A stretch of DNA of 64,000 bases from an uncultured Alistipes sp. (GCF_910580175.1 NZ_CAJTXD010000001.1:10597-74596); one strand, 5' to 3'. Positions 17,322 to 27,258 are shown, counted from the stretch's first letter. A program made the numbers and translations. Notes: generated from the letters alone by a model not told the origin.

Positions 17322-17329
17322 TATATTTG
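17322..17329 (+). promoter_or_regulatory. -7 box (TAtaTTTG) for the oxidoreductase operon
   Basis: Exact match, 27 nt before the ATG at 17356. Confidence 0.55.
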
Positions 17330-17355
17330 TTACCGAATACTAATTTTTCGGTAGC

Positions 17356-17583
17356 ATGGCTAAAATCAAAGGTACGATCGTTGTCGACCTGGAGCGTTGC
17401 AAGGGTTGCGGGGTCTGCGTGGCTTCGTGTCCGTGCAAGGTTTTGGAGTTGTCGGCCGAAGTCAACAGCAAGGGGTACCCCGTGGCCCGCATGGCCGATC
17501 CCGACGCTTGTACGGGGTGTGCGTCGTGTGCGGTAATCTGCCCCGACAGCGTTATTACGGTTTATCGTCAAAAATTCGAATAG
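17356..17583 (+). CDS. 2-oxoacid:ferredoxin oxidoreductase delta subunit (2x[4Fe-4S] ferredoxin)
   Basis: Two cluster motifs: CKGCGVCVASCP and CTGCASCAVICP. Confidence 0.9.
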   Translation: MAKIKGTIVVDLERCKGCGVCVASCPCKVLELSAEVNSKGYPVARMADPDACTGCASCAVICPDSVITVYRQKFE

Positions 17584-17587
17584 GACT

Positions 17588-18682
17588 ATGGCAGAGAAAG
17601 AGGTCAAGTTGATGAAAGGCAACGAAGTGATCGCCCATGCTGCGATCCGTTACGGTTGCGACGGTTACTTCGGCTACCCCATCACGCCGCAGTCCGAAGT
17701 GATGGAGACTTTGATGGAGTTGAAGCCTTGGGAGACCACCGGCATGGTCGTTTTGCAGGCCGAATCCGAGATTTCGTCCATCAATATGGTTTACGGCGGC
17801 GCTGCAACCGGCAAACGGGTCATGACGTCGTCGTCCAGCCCCGGCATTTCGTTAATGGCCGAGGGGATCAGTTATCTGGCTGGCGCCGAGTTGCCGTGCC
17901 TGATCATCAATTGCCAGCGCGGCGGCCCCGGTCTGGGCACCATCCAGCCTTCGCAGGGCGATTATTTCCAGGCTGTCAAGGGCGGCGGCCACGGCGACTA
18001 CAAGTTGATCGTCTTCGCGCCCAATTCCGTGCAGGAGATGCACGACCACGTGGCCGAGGCGTTCGATCTGGCGTTCAAGTACCGCAACCCTGCCATGATT
18101 CTGGCCGACGGAGCTATCGGGCAGATGATGGAGAAAGTCGTTCTTGCACCCCAGCGTCCCCGAAAGACCGACGAAGAGTTGAAGGCCGAGTACGACGCTT
18201 GGGCCGCCATGGGCAAGCCCGCCGGACGCGAGCGCAACGTCGTCACGTCGCTCGAATTGCAGTCCGAGAAGATGGAGATCATCAACCAGCGTTTGCAGGC
18301 TAAATATAAGACTCTGGAGGAGAACGAAGTGCGTTTCGAGGCCGTCGAGTGCGACGATTCCGATTATGTGATCGTCGCGTTCGGTTCTTCGGCCCGCATC
18401 TGCTCTGCCACCGTCGAGATGGCGCGTGCCGAGGGTTTGAAGGTCGGGTTGCTGCGTCCCATCACGCTCTACCCCTTTCCTACGCGGCAGATCGCCGAGC
18501 TGGCCGCACGCGGCGTGAAAGGTTTTCTTTCCGCCGAGTTGAACGCCGGGCAGATGGTCGAAGACGTGCGGTTGGCCGTGGGCGGCAAGGCTCCCGTCGA
18601 GCACTACGGACGTCAGGGCGGCATGATGTTCAACCCCGACGAGGTTTTGGCCGCACTCAAGGATAAACTGATTAAAAAGTAA
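17588..18682 (+). CDS. 2-oxoacid:ferredoxin oxidoreductase alpha subunit (Kor/Vor type)
   Basis: GNEVIAHAAIRYGCDGYFGYPITPQSEV and QRGGPGLGTIQPSQGDY. Confidence 0.9.
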   Translation: MAEKEVKLMKGNEVIAHAAIRYGCDGYFGYPITPQSEVMETLMELKPWETTGMVVLQAESEISSINMVYGGAATGKRVMTSSSSPGISLMAEGISYLAGAELPCLIINCQRGGPGLGTIQPSQGDYFQAVKGGGHGDYKLIVFAPNSVQEMHDHVAEAFDLAFKYRNPAMILADGAIGQMMEKVVLAPQRPRKTDEELKAEYDAWAAMGKPAGRERNVVTSLELQSEKMEIINQRLQAKYKTLEENEVRFEAVECDDSDYVIVAFGSSARICSATVEMARAEGLKVGLLRPITLYPFPTRQIAELAARGVKGFLSAELNAGQMVEDVRLAVGGKAPVEHYGRQGGMMFNPDEVLAALKDKLIKK

Positions 18683-18687
18683 GGATC

Positions 18688-19449
18688 ATGGCAGAGGTTG
18701 AAATCAAGCAGGAGAATCTGGTTTACGCCAAACCGGAACTCATTACCGATAATGTCATGCACTATTGCCCCGGATGCAGCCACGGTACGGTGCACAAACT
18801 CATCGCCGAGGTCATCGTCGAGTTGGGATTGGCCGACAAGACCGTGGGCGTTTCGCCTGTCGGGTGTTCGGTGTTCGCCTACAATTATATCGACATCGAT
18901 TGGATCGAGGCTGCCCACGGGCGAGCTTTGGCCGTCGCTACGGCCGTCAAGCGTCTCAAGCCAGGCACGATGGTCTTTACCTACCAGGGCGACGGCGACC
19001 TTTCGGCCATCGGTACGGCCGAGTCGATCCATGCTGCCGCCCGCGGCGAGAATGTCGTGGCGATCTATATCAACAACGCCATCTATGGTATGACCGGCGG
19101 TCAGATGGCTCCCACCACCCTGCTGGGTATGAAGACCGCCACCACGCCCTATGGACGCGATCCGCGTTTGAACGGTTACCCCTACAAGATCGCCGAAATG
19201 ATGGCCCACCTCGAAGGAGCGACCTACATCACGCGTCAGAGCGTCCACAAGCCCGCCAATGTGCGCAAGTGCAAAGCCGCCATCAAAAAGGCGTTCCAGC
19301 GGGCCATGGACGGCAAGGGCTTCTCGCTCGTCGAGGTCGTGTCGACCTGCAACAGCGGTTGGAAGCTCTCGCCCGTCGCTTCGAACGAGTGGCTGGAGCA
19401 AAACATGTTGCCCTTCTACCCCCTGGGTGACATCAAAGTGGTTGAATAA
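18688..19449 (+). CDS. 2-oxoacid:ferredoxin oxidoreductase beta subunit (TPP-binding)
   Basis: YCPGCSHGTV and GDGDLSAIGTAESIHAAARGENV...NNAIYGMTGGQ. Confidence 0.9.
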   Translation: MAEVEIKQENLVYAKPELITDNVMHYCPGCSHGTVHKLIAEVIVELGLADKTVGVSPVGCSVFAYNYIDIDWIEAAHGRALAVATAVKRLKPGTMVFTYQGDGDLSAIGTAESIHAAARGENVVAIYINNAIYGMTGGQMAPTTLLGMKTATTPYGRDPRLNGYPYKIAEMMAHLEGATYITRQSVHKPANVRKCKAAIKKAFQRAMDGKGFSLVEVVSTCNSGWKLSPVASNEWLEQNMLPFYPLGDIKVVE

Positions 19450-19463
19450 GTGCGCAGACGATT

Positions 19464-20009
19464 ATGAAAGAGACATTGATTATAGCAGGCTTCGGCGGCC
19501 AGGGCGTCCTCTCGATGGGCAAGATTCTGGCTTACTCCGGCGTGATGCAGGATTTCGAGGTTACATGGATGCCGTCGTACGGCCCCGAGATGCGCGGCGG
19601 TACGGCCAACGTTACCGTGATTCTCTCCGACCGGAAGATTTCATCGCCCATCGCCCATGAATTCGATACGGCGATCATCCTCAATCAGCAGTCGATGGAG
19701 AAGTTCGAGCCGATGGTCAAGCCCGGTGGCGTGTTGATCTACGATACCAACGGCATCACGCGTCATCCCGTGCGGGAGGACATCTCGGTTTTCGCCATCG
19801 ACGCTACGGCCGAATGCGCCCGGCTCGGACAGGCCAAATTGTTCAACACCATGATTTTGGGCGGTTATCTCAAGGTGTGTCCCGTTGTCGATATGCAGAA
19901 CGTCATGATCGGACTGAAGAAGTCGTTGCCCGAGCGTGCATGGAAGATGCTCCCCGACAACGAAAAAGCCATCGTTCACGGCGGCGAGATCATCCGGAAG
20001 ATAAGATAA
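19464..20009 (+). CDS. 2-oxoacid:ferredoxin oxidoreductase gamma subunit
   Basis: IIAGFGGQGVLSMGKILA...SYGPEMRGGTANV. Confidence 0.9.
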   Translation: MKETLIIAGFGGQGVLSMGKILAYSGVMQDFEVTWMPSYGPEMRGGTANVTVILSDRKISSPIAHEFDTAIILNQQSMEKFEPMVKPGGVLIYDTNGITRHPVREDISVFAIDATAECARLGQAKLFNTMILGGYLKVCPVVDMQNVMIGLKKSLPERAWKMLPDNEKAIVHGGEIIRKIR

Positions 20010-20023
20010 GAGCCGTTCTTATT

Positions 20024-20066
20024 GAAAAAAAAGCAGCCCGACGATTTTTCGTCGGGCTGCTTTTTT
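20024..20066. terminator. bidirectional terminator between convergent operons
   Basis: GCAGCCCGACGA (20033-20044), loop TTTT, TCGTCGGGCTGC (20049-20060). Flanked by A8 upstream and T6 downstream. Confidence 0.8.
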
Positions 20067-20071
20067 GGGGC

Positions 20072-21049
20072 TTATTTATTAAATAAGTCTTTGATACATC
20101 CGATCGAACTCAATACGGAGGATGCGTCGTATGGCAGGTAGACGGTCTTGTTGTCTTTGCCGCTGACCATTTCCTTTAAGGTCGATATGTATTTGTCGGC
20201 CAGCATGTAGTTGGCCGGGGCCATTTGCGAGCCTTGGATCGCGGCGCTTATGCGGGTAATTGCCTCGGCTTCGGCTTTGGCCTGTGCGATTTTGGCTTCG
20301 GCGATACCTTCGGCTTTCAGAATCTGCATCTGCTTTTCGGCTTCCGCCTTGTTGATCTGCGCTTCTTTTTCGCCTTCGGATTTCAGAATGGCGGCTTCTT
20401 TGGCACCCCGGGCTTCGAGTACTTTGGCCCGGCGTTCCCGTTCGGCCTGCATCTGCTGCTCCATGGCATTGCGGACGCTTTCGGGCGGCGTGATGTCCTG
20501 AAGCTCTACCCGATTGACCTTTACGCCCCATTTGTTGGTGGCGTCGTCCAGCACGGCGCGCAGTTTCGAGTTGATCGTGTCGCGCGAAGTCAGGGTTTCG
20601 TCCAGCTCCAGTTCGCCGATCACATTACGCAATGTCGTTTGGGTAAGTTTTTCGATGGCATTGGGCAGATTGTCGATTTCGTAGACCGCCTTGACCGGAT
20701 CGACGATCTGGAAATAGAGCAGCGCGTTGATCGTCGTCGTCACGTTGTCTTTGGTAATCACGCTCTGACTCGGAAAGTCGTATACTTGTTCGCGCAGGTC
20801 GATTTTCGTGGATTCTTTGATTACCACATGGCTATTGTATTCGCTGCTTTCTACCGGATATCTTACGCGGATGACCCGTGCCTTGTCCAGAATGGGCCAG
20901 ATGATGTTGATTCCTGAGGGAAGCGTTCTGTGGTATTTTCCCAGCCGTTCGATGATTTTCGTTTCGGATTGCGGAATGATTTTGAATCCGATAAGCACGC
21001 AGATGCCTGTCAGGAGTGCAAATAGAAACAGGATGATTAGGATTCCCAT
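20072..21049 (-). CDS. SPFH/Band 7 (stomatin-like) domain protein
   Basis: N-terminal TM, IIPQSETKIIERLGKYHRTL, and a coiled Ala/Glu/Lys-rich C-terminal half. Confidence 0.9.
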   Translation of the reverse strand: MGILIILFLFALLTGICVLIGFKIIPQSETKIIERLGKYHRTLPSGINIIWPILDKARVIRVRYPVESSEYNSHVVIKESTKIDLREQVYDFPSQSVITKDNVTTTINALLYFQIVDPVKAVYEIDNLPNAIEKLTQTTLRNVIGELELDETLTSRDTINSKLRAVLDDATNKWGVKVNRVELQDITPPESVRNAMEQQMQAERERRAKVLEARGAKEAAILKSEGEKEAQINKAEAEKQMQILKAEGIAEAKIAQAKAEAEAITRISAAIQGSQMAPANYMLADKYISTLKEMVSGKDNKTVYLPYDASSVLSSIGCIKDLFNK

Positions 21050-21052
21050 GAT

Positions 21053-21487
21053 CTAAATTTGTTTTACGGTTAGTATGATGCTGTCGATTTTCGTTATCGT
21101 CACACGGCTGCCTTTGACGATCGTGGTGTTGTCTTCGGCAGTTGCTTTCCAGTCGTCGCCGTCGATGGCCACTCTTCCGGTTCCGGAGCGGCTGTCGATG
21201 GTTTCGGATACGATGGCATGACGTCCTATCAGTGCTTCGGCATTCGTTTTTACTGCGGTGCTTCGGTGGTAGAAAAATTTCAGCAACAGGGGGCGTATGG
21301 CGACGAATGCCACCAGGGTGCATATGGAAAACCACAAAAGTTGCATCTTGACATTCGCATCGCAGGCGCTCGCTATGGCGCTTCCCATTGCGCCGAAAGC
21401 GAAACAGATCACGGCGAATCCGCTGGTAAAGATTTCAATGATTATGAAAATCAGAGCGATGATGATGTAAATGTGCCAAAGTTCCAT
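21053..21487 (-). CDS. NfeD family membrane protein
   Basis: Three N-terminal TM segments plus a C-terminal OB-like stretch, GRHAIVSETIDSRSGTGRVAIDGDDWKA. Immediately upstream of the SPFH gene, the classic pairing. Confidence 0.85.
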   Translation of the reverse strand: MELWHIYIIIALIFIIIEIFTSGFAVICFAFGAMGSAIASACDANVKMQLLWFSICTLVAFVAIRPLLLKFFYHRSTAVKTNAEALIGRHAIVSETIDSRSGTGRVAIDGDDWKATAEDNTTIVKGSRVTITKIDSIILTVKQI

Positions 21488-21551
21488 CTTGTTTGGGGTT
21501 AAGAGCCGCTTTTTGTCGTGCGGGTGGGGTTTCTTGGGTAAAGATAGTAAT

Positions 21552-21597
21552 ATTCCTCGATATTTTGCTTTATAAAGGGAGCAAAATATCGAGGAAT
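21552..21597 (-). terminator. 18-bp perfect hairpin after the lipoprotein gene
   Basis: ATTCCTCGATATTTTGCT (21552-21569) pairs with AGCAAAATATCGAGGAAT (21580-21597). On the minus strand it is followed by ATTACTATCTTTACC, a -7-like TAtcTTTA for the NfeD operon. Confidence 0.6.
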
Positions 21598-21613
21598 TGT
21601 CGGGATGTCCGCC

Positions 21614-22006
21614 CTATTTTTCGGTCTCCGGTTTTTCGATCGGCTGGAAGTCGATCTGGTAGAATTTGAATTCGGGCTTCATCATGGCGCCCGTCGCGGC
21701 GTCGATGCCCCAGCCGAGTATATCGCATAGGTTGATGATCGACACGGCATTGAAATTTTTGTCGATGACGATCGTCTCCGTCTGATACGAGGGGGCTTCG
21801 GCTTTTACGATCGTTTCGTCGAATCCGCGTTTGATTTTGGTGGTGTAGGGAAATGTTACGTTGGTGTGTTTGCGGCCGTCGATCGTCAGCGTGGCTTTTT
21901 CCTGAATGTCGCTTTCGAAGGTTACGCGGGCCTTGGAGCCGCAGAATACGGTTGCGCAGGAGGTCAGCAAGCCGGCCATGCCAAGAAGAATAAAATAGCG
22001 TTTCAT
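21614..22006 (-). CDS. hypothetical lipoprotein
   Basis: MKRYFILLGMAGLLTSC lipobox. No recognisable family. Confidence 0.7.
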   Translation of the reverse strand: MKRYFILLGMAGLLTSCATVFCGSKARVTFESDIQEKATLTIDGRKHTNVTFPYTTKIKRGFDETIVKAEAPSYQTETIVIDKNFNAVSIINLCDILGWGIDAATGAMMKPEFKFYQIDFQPIEKPETEK

Positions 22007-22084
22007 TGTTCGGGTTGATGCGTGCCGTGTCCCCGCGGCGGTTTTCGTTTGTCTGTTAAGGTATATAAAAAACGTGGGACAGAA

Positions 22085-22220
22085 CTTTTATTTGTCTTTC
22101 GAGGTCTTCGCAATACCTTGCAGCCAAATAAAGAGTAAAGCCCACGCAGAACGTGAGCGTTTACGCCTTACTCTTGGCTGCTTTTGAAAGTTGCGAAGTT
22201 TCGAAAGACAAGAAATAAAG
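22085..22220. other. long interrupted inverted repeat (about 55-nt arms); function unknown
   Basis: The left arm (22085-22138) and right arm (22168-22220) share complementary blocks: GTCTTTCGA, CTTCGCAA, GCAGCCAA and GAGTAA. The apical region is 29 nt. Confidence 0.6.
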
Positions 22221-22393
22221 CTAACGCTTTTTATATGTTTGTGCTGGCGCTTTTAGTGCGTGGCAGCACGAATGTAAATTCTGAAAATGATTTTATTTTC
22301 TCATAGGCAAAATAGGTTTTCTATCGCAAATATAAAGGTTTTTTCTGATTCGTCGGGCTGCCGCACGTAATTTCTGCGGGGCTGTTTTTCGTT

Positions 22394-23293
22394 TTATCGC
22401 GATCCGAGCCACAGAAAGAGCATGCCCAGCAGGATGAAGGCCAGGTCGACCGCTTTCGACCGCAGGTTGCGTTCGTGGAACAGCACGGCCCCGCAGAGGA
22501 ACGACACCACCACCGATCCGCGGCGGATCATCGACACCACCGAAATCATGGCATCGCTGTCGCTCAACGCCATCAGATAGGCGAAGTCGGCCAGCGACAG
22601 GAATATGGATATCAAGGGTATGGCCCAGCTCCAATGGAACGGGGTTGTCGTGCGGCGGCGCGGCCACCACAAGATCGCCACCAGCACGGACATGATCGCG
22701 AATTGGTAGAGGTTGTACCAGGCCTGCACGAATACCGGGTCGAGACGCGTCATGATATATTTGTCGTACAGCCCGCTTATCGCACCGGTCACGGCAGACA
22801 AAGCTACGAATACGATCCAGATGTTGTGGGCGAAATCTACCCCCTCGCGGCGGCTCGACCGGCTGAGCATGAATAGCGACAGGAGCGCCAGCCCCACGCC
22901 GATCCATTGGCAGGCGTTCAGGCGTTCGCTGAACACCAGCATGGCGCCTATGAGCACCATGACCGGACGCGTGGCGTTGATCGGCCCTACGATCGTGATG
23001 GGCAGATGTTTGATTCCGAAGTAGCCGAACACCCACGACGTCAGTACGATGACCGATTTGAGCAGCACCAGCGCATGGGCGCTGCACGTGCCCGGCTCCG
23101 AGGCCAGCACGGTGCCGTCGAACCACCTCCATCCGCATTCCGCAGCAAGGATCGTCGGCAGAAAAATCAGCGTCGAGAAAAACGTGTTCAGCAGCAGCAC
23201 CGGCAGCACCGCATTTTCCGTGAGCGCTTTCTTTTTGGCGGCGTCGTAGAGTCCGAGCAGAGCCGCCGAGGCGAACGCAAGAGTCAGCCACAT
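22394..23293 (-). CDS. EamA/DMT family transporter
   Basis: ATG at 23293 (MWLTLAFASAALLGLYDAAKKKAL). About 10 TM segments arranged as two EamA halves. The listed ORF extends 32 codons further, but that part looks non-native. Confidence 0.85.
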   Translation of the reverse strand: MWLTLAFASAALLGLYDAAKKKALTENAVLPVLLLNTFFSTLIFLPTILAAECGWRWFDGTVLASEPGTCSAHALVLLKSVIVLTSWVFGYFGIKHLPITIVGPINATRPVMVLIGAMLVFSERLNACQWIGVGLALLSLFMLSRSSRREGVDFAHNIWIVFVALSAVTGAISGLYDKYIMTRLDPVFVQAWYNLYQFAIMSVLVAILWWPRRRTTTPFHWSWAIPLISIFLSLADFAYLMALSDSDAMISVVSMIRRGSVVVSFLCGAVLFHERNLRSKAVDLAFILLGMLFLWLGSR

Positions 23294-23375
23294 GATTTGT
23301 GAAAGTTTTTTGTTCGTTGTCGTCACCCGAACAGAGCGGTCGGGGCGTCGGGCGTGCGGATCGGAAAATCCGGGG

Positions 23376-23383
23376 CAAAGATA
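23376..23383 (-). promoter_or_regulatory. -7 box (TAtcTTTG, within CTTGCGCTATCTTTG) for the EamA gene
   Basis: Plus-strand caaagata at 23376-23383. The same 15-mer occurs at 46620-46634. Confidence 0.5.
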
Positions 23384-23535
23384 GCGCAAGGCGCGGGCAA
23401 TCCCAAATTTATTTTCAGTGCAACCGAGTTACGTTTTTTTTGTATGGTTTTCTGTGAAAAATGCGCAACCGATTGACGGAGCTTGTGTTTTGCCATGTGC
23501 TGTTCGTTTGTCGCCGCTTTTTTGCAAAATCTTCG

Positions 23536-23543
23536 TATATTTG
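23536..23543 (+). promoter_or_regulatory. -7 box (TAtaTTTG) for lepA
   Basis: Exact match, 24 nt before the ATG at 23567. Confidence 0.55.
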
Positions 23544-23566
23544 CGCACACTTTCGTTTATGACCCG

Positions 23567-25357
23567 ATGAAAAACATCCGCAACTTTTGCATCATAGCCC
23601 ATATCGACCACGGTAAAAGCACCTTGGCCGACCGTTTGTTGGAGAAGACCAATACCCTGAACCAGCGTGAAATGCAGGCTCAGGTGCTCGACGACATGGA
23701 CCTCGAACGCGAGAAAGGCATTACTATCAAGAGCCACGCCATCCAGATGGAATATGCGGCGCGCGACGGCCAGCGTTATGTCTTGAATCTGATCGACACT
23801 CCGGGCCATGTCGATTTCTCTTATGAGGTGTCGCGGGCCATTGCTTCGTGCGAGGGGGCTTTGCTGGTGGTCGATGCCACGCAGGGCATTCAGGCGCAGA
23901 CGATCTCCAACCTTTACTTGGCCGTGGGCCACGATCTGGAGATCATCCCCGTGTTGAACAAGATCGATATGGATTCGGCCATGATCGACGAAGTGAAGGA
24001 TCAGGTCATCGACCTCATCGGTTGCAAGGAGGAGGACATTCTCTTGGCTTCCGGTAAAACGGGTCTCGGCGTCGAGGAGGTGCTCGAAGCCATCGTGCAG
24101 CGCATTCCCGCGCCTAAGGGCGACGAGAACGGGCCGTTGCAGGCGTTGATCTTCGACTCGGTGTTCAACCCCTTCCGCGGCATCATCGCCTATTACCGTG
24201 TCTTCAACGGCACGATCCGCAAGGGCGACCATGTGAAGTTTTTCAACACCGGCAGCGAATATGATGCCGACGAAATCGGCGTGCTGAAACTCAAGATGCA
24301 GCCCCGGCAGGAGATCAAGGCCGGCGACGTGGGTTATATCTGTTCCGGCATCAAGACTTCGGCCGACGTCAAGGTCGGCGATACGATTACCTCCGTCTCG
24401 CGGCCGGCCGACGAGGCGATCGCCGGTTTCGAAGATGTGAAGCCGATGGTCTTCGCGGGCGTCTATCCTGTCGAGGCCGATCAGTACGAGGATTTGCGGG
24501 CTTCGCTCGAAAAACTCCAGCTCAACGATGCGTCGTTGACTTTCGAGCCGGAAAGTTCGTTGGCGCTGGGCTTCGGATTCCGTTGCGGCTTCCTCGGCTT
24601 GCTCCATATGGAGATCATCCAGGAGCGTCTCTACCGCGAGTTCGACATGGATGTCATTACTACCGTGCCCAATGTCTCTTACCGGATTACCACCACGCAG
24701 GGCGAGACGCTCGAAGTGCACAACCCGTCGGGACTGCCCGAAATTACCAAGGTTGCCAAGATCGAAGAACCTTATATCTTGGCCCAGATCATTACCAAGT
24801 CGGAGTTTCTGGGCAACGTTATCAAACTTTGCATCGACAAGCGCGGTGTGATGAAGAACCAGACTTTCATTACGCAGGATCGTGTGGAGGTCAATTTCGA
24901 CATGCCCTTGTCGGAGATCGTTTTCGACTTCTACGACAAGCTCAAGAGCCTTTCCAAGGGGTATGCGTCGTTCGATTACCACCGCACAGGCTACCAACTT
25001 TCGAAACTCGTCAAATTAGATATTCTGCTCAACGGCGAGCCGGTCGATGCTCTGTCGTCGTTGATCTATGCTGACCATGCCTACGATTTCGGCCGCAAGA
25101 TGTGCGAGAAGCTCAAGGAGCTGATCCCTCGCCAGCAGTTCGACATCGCCATCCAGGCCGCCATCGGCGCCAAGATCATCGCCCGCGAAACGGTCAAGGC
25201 CGTGCGCAAGGATGTGACGGCCAAATGTTATGGCGGCGACATTTCGCGCAAGCGCAAGCTGCTCGAAAAGCAGAAGAAAGGCAAGAAGCGCATGCGTCAG
25301 ATCGGCAACGTCGAGGTGCCCCAGTCGGCATTCCTTGCCGTGCTGAAGATGGATTGA
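23567..25357 (+). CDS. lepA: translation elongation factor 4 (LepA)
   Basis: ATG at 23567 gives [25 protein letters not shown]. Also DTPGHVDF and NKID. The C-terminus has [21 protein letters not shown]. Confidence 0.95.
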   Translation: MKNIRNFCIIAHIDHGKSTLADRLLEKTNTLNQREMQAQVLDDMDLEREKGITIKSHAIQMEYAARDGQRYVLNLIDTPGHVDFSYEVSRAIASCEGALLVVDATQGIQAQTISNLYLAVGHDLEIIPVLNKIDMDSAMIDEVKDQVIDLIGCKEEDILLASGKTGLGVEEVLEAIVQRIPAPKGDENGPLQALIFDSVFNPFRGIIAYYRVFNGTIRKGDHVKFFNTGSEYDADEIGVLKLKMQPRQEIKAGDVGYICSGIKTSADVKVGDTITSVSRPADEAIAGFEDVKPMVFAGVYPVEADQYEDLRASLEKLQLNDASLTFEPESSLALGFGFRCGFLGLLHMEIIQERLYREFDMDVITTVPNVSYRITTTQGETLEVHNPSGLPEITKVAKIEEPYILAQIITKSEFLGNVIKLCIDKRGVMKNQTFITQDRVEVNFDMPLSEIVFDFYDKLKSLSKGYASFDYHRTGYQLSKLVKLDILLNGEPVDALSSLIYADHAYDFGRKMCEKLKELIPRQQFDIAIQAAIGAKIIARETVKAVRKDVTAKCYGGDISRKRKLLEKQKKGKKRMRQIGNVEVPQSAFLAVLKMD

Positions 25358-25533
25358 GTTTGTGGCCATGCGGGGCGATCAAAGGCCCCCGGAACAAACA
25401 GGAGAATCGCTGGCAGAGGGAAGTCGAGCAGGAACATAGCTCTCTTTGCCATGTATGCCGTTGGTTGCTGTTGCGAAATTTCGGCGGAACTTAAATTTTT
25501 TCTCCCGAAATTTGATTTGTCGGATTTTCCGCG

Positions 25534-25541
25534 TATCTTTG
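25534..25541 (+). promoter_or_regulatory. -7 box (TAtcTTTG) for tRNA-Gly(CCC)
   Basis: Ends 12 nt before the tRNA 5' end. Confidence 0.6.
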
Positions 25542-25552
25542 TTCTTCGAATC

Positions 25553-25625
25553 GCGGAAGTAGCTCAGTTGGTAGAGCATCAGCTTCCCAAGCTGAGGGTC
25601 GCGGGTTCGAGTCCCGTTTTCCGCT
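25553..25625 (+). tRNA. tRNA-Gly (anticodon CCC)
   Basis: GCGGAAGTAGCTCAGTTGGTAGAGCATCAGCTTCCCAAGCTGAGGGTCGCGGGTTCGAGTCCCGTTTTCCGCT. The anticodon loop is TTCCCAA. CCA is encoded at 25626-25628. Confidence 0.95.
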
Positions 25626-25631
25626 CCAAGA

Positions 25632-25669
25632 AATCGGAGTGTCGCAAGATTTGCAATGCTCCGATTTTC
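25632..25669 (+). terminator. terminator after tRNA-Gly(CCC)
   Basis: AATCGGAG (25632-25639) pairs with CTCCGATT (25659-25666), followed by a T-run. Confidence 0.6.
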
Positions 25670-25690
25670 TGTTTGTGCTTCTTTAAAATG

Positions 25691-25726
25691 TACAATTGCC
25701 CCGGCCGATCGGCCGGGGCAATTGTA
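25691..25726. terminator. 36-nt perfect palindrome, likely terminator of the peroxiredoxin gene
   Basis: TACAATTGCCCCGGCCGATCGGCCGGGGCAATTGTA, 10 nt beyond the stop at 25737. Confidence 0.65.
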
Positions 25727-25736
25727 TGAAAAGCGG

Positions 25737-26435
25737 TTACGCTTCTTCGTAGGCGGCTGCCTTGGTTTTTTCCATCGGCAGCGGCTTGGTGCAGAAATAC
25801 CATTCGTAGCATTTCATGCCGGGTGCTCCCTGCTCCTGTTGGTTGTAGGTCGCCGGAGCCGGTACGATGATGTCGTCGCCCGGGTGCCAGTCGGCCGGCA
25901 GGGCCACTTGGTGTTTGTCGATGGTTTGCAGACCGACCAGCACCCGCTTGAGTTCGTCGAAGTTGCGGCCCAGCTGCATCGGATAGTAGATCACGGCGCG
26001 GATCGTGGCCTTGGGGTCGATGAAGAAGACGGCGCGCACGGCGGCCGTCGTCGAGACGCCCGGTTGGATCATGCCGTATTTGTGCGCTACGTCCATCGAC
26101 ATGTCGGCGATGAGCGGGAAGTTCAGTTCGACGTTTTTGTGTCCCTTGAATTCGATTTTGTCGTGGATCGACTTCATCCAGGCTATGTGGCTGGGGTTTG
26201 TGCCGACCGAGAGTCCCACCAGCCGGCAGTTCAGGGCTTCGAATTCTTTCTGCATGGCGCCGAAAAGCACGAATTCCGAGGTGCAGATCGGTGTGAAGTC
26301 CGACGGATGGCTGAACAGCACCACCCATTTGCCTTCGAAATCTTCGGGGAAGCGGATTTTGCCCTGGGTCGTTTCGGCTTCGAATGCCGGGGCTTTGTCG
26401 CCGATGAGCGGCATGCGGTAGGTTTGATTTTCCAT
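25737..26435 (-). CDS. peroxiredoxin (Prx6/1-Cys-like)
   Basis: ATG at 26435 (MENQTYRMPLIGDKAPAFEAETTQG). Active site is FSHPSDFTPICTSE. The remainder of ORF 25737..27155 is antisense to the next gene. Confidence 0.9.
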   Translation of the reverse strand: MENQTYRMPLIGDKAPAFEAETTQGKIRFPEDFEGKWVVLFSHPSDFTPICTSEFVLFGAMQKEFEALNCRLVGLSVGTNPSHIAWMKSIHDKIEFKGHKNVELNFPLIADMSMDVAHKYGMIQPGVSTTAAVRAVFFIDPKATIRAVIYYPMQLGRNFDELKRVLVGLQTIDKHQVALPADWHPGDDIIVPAPATYNQQEQGAPGMKCYEWYFCTKPLPMEKTKAAAYEEA

Positions 26436-26570
26436 AAGTGTGCAACGATGAATTTTTAAACGCTTTGTCCTTATGCAAATAGAGTGCCCCGGCCGTTCGC
26501 CGCATTTGCGGTCGCCATTTGTGGTATGCAATTTGCCGCAGTGCGGATAGGTTTTAATTTTAGGCCACTT

Positions 26571-27110
26571 ATGAAAACGGACAACACCAAAACGACCAAA
26601 AACACCGGCACGACCGGTCAGACCGAGTTCCACCGCTTCTTCGTGGAGCAGCTCAAAGACATTTATTGGGCCGAGAAGCATCTGAAAAAGGGCTTGCGCA
26701 AGATGCGCCAGGCAGCCACGAGTCCCAACCTCACGGCGGCTTTCGACAAGCACTACAACGAGGGCGACGGACAGATCGCACAGCTGGAGACCATCTTCGA
26801 GTTGATGGGCGAGAAGCCCGAGGCCAAGCGTTGCGAGGCGATGGCCGGCTTGCTCCAGGAGGCCGAGGCCATGATTTCCGACACGCAGAAGAACAGTTTC
26901 GTCCGCGATGCCGGATTGATCTTGGCCGCCCAGAAGGTCGAGCACTACGAAATCGCCACCTACGGCACGCTCAAGGCCCTGGCCGCCTACTTGCCGGAGA
27001 AGAAGGTAAAGCGGATGCTCGAAACGATTCTCGCCGGCGAGAAAAAGACCGACGAAGCACTGACGCGTATGGCCGAAGATTTCGTCAACGAGTGTGCTGC
27101 CGTCGAGTAA
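26571..27110 (+). CDS. ferritin-like DUF892 (YciE/YciF) family protein
   Basis: ATG at 26571. FFVEQLKDIYWAEKHLKKGL...AAQKVEHYEIATYGTL. Confidence 0.85.
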   Translation: MKTDNTKTTKNTGTTGQTEFHRFFVEQLKDIYWAEKHLKKGLRKMRQAATSPNLTAAFDKHYNEGDGQIAQLETIFELMGEKPEAKRCEAMAGLLQEAEAMISDTQKNSFVRDAGLILAAQKVEHYEIATYGTLKALAAYLPEKKVKRMLETILAGEKKTDEALTRMAEDFVNECAAVE

Positions 27111-27136
27111 GTCCACGGCGGATGTCGGTTTCCGGG

Positions 27137-27174
27137 AGAGGAACTCTTTGTGCAAGAGTTTCTCTCTTTTTTTT
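27137..27174 (+). terminator. intrinsic terminator after the DUF892 gene
   Basis: AGAGGAACTCTT pairs with AAGAGTTTCTCT (one G-U pair), followed by T8. Confidence 0.65.
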
Positions 27175-27258
27175 GTCGTACGGCAGGCTTGTCTTCCCTT
27201 TCCCGGCGGGGTGTGTCAGTTAAATGCGAATATGTTTGTTTTTGCGCTCTACTTGCGT

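Noticed and set aside
3455-25625. The two tRNA-Gly genes as a segmental duplication marker.
   Set aside because: They share the generic Gly tRNA backbone but have different anticodon arms (GCC vs CCC), opposite strands and unrelated flanks. They are ordinary isoacceptors.
26436-27155. The upstream extension of the peroxiredoxin ORF (25737..27155, 472 aa).
   Set aside because: It is antisense to the DUF892 gene and has junk composition. The peroxiredoxin has a clean ATG at 26435.
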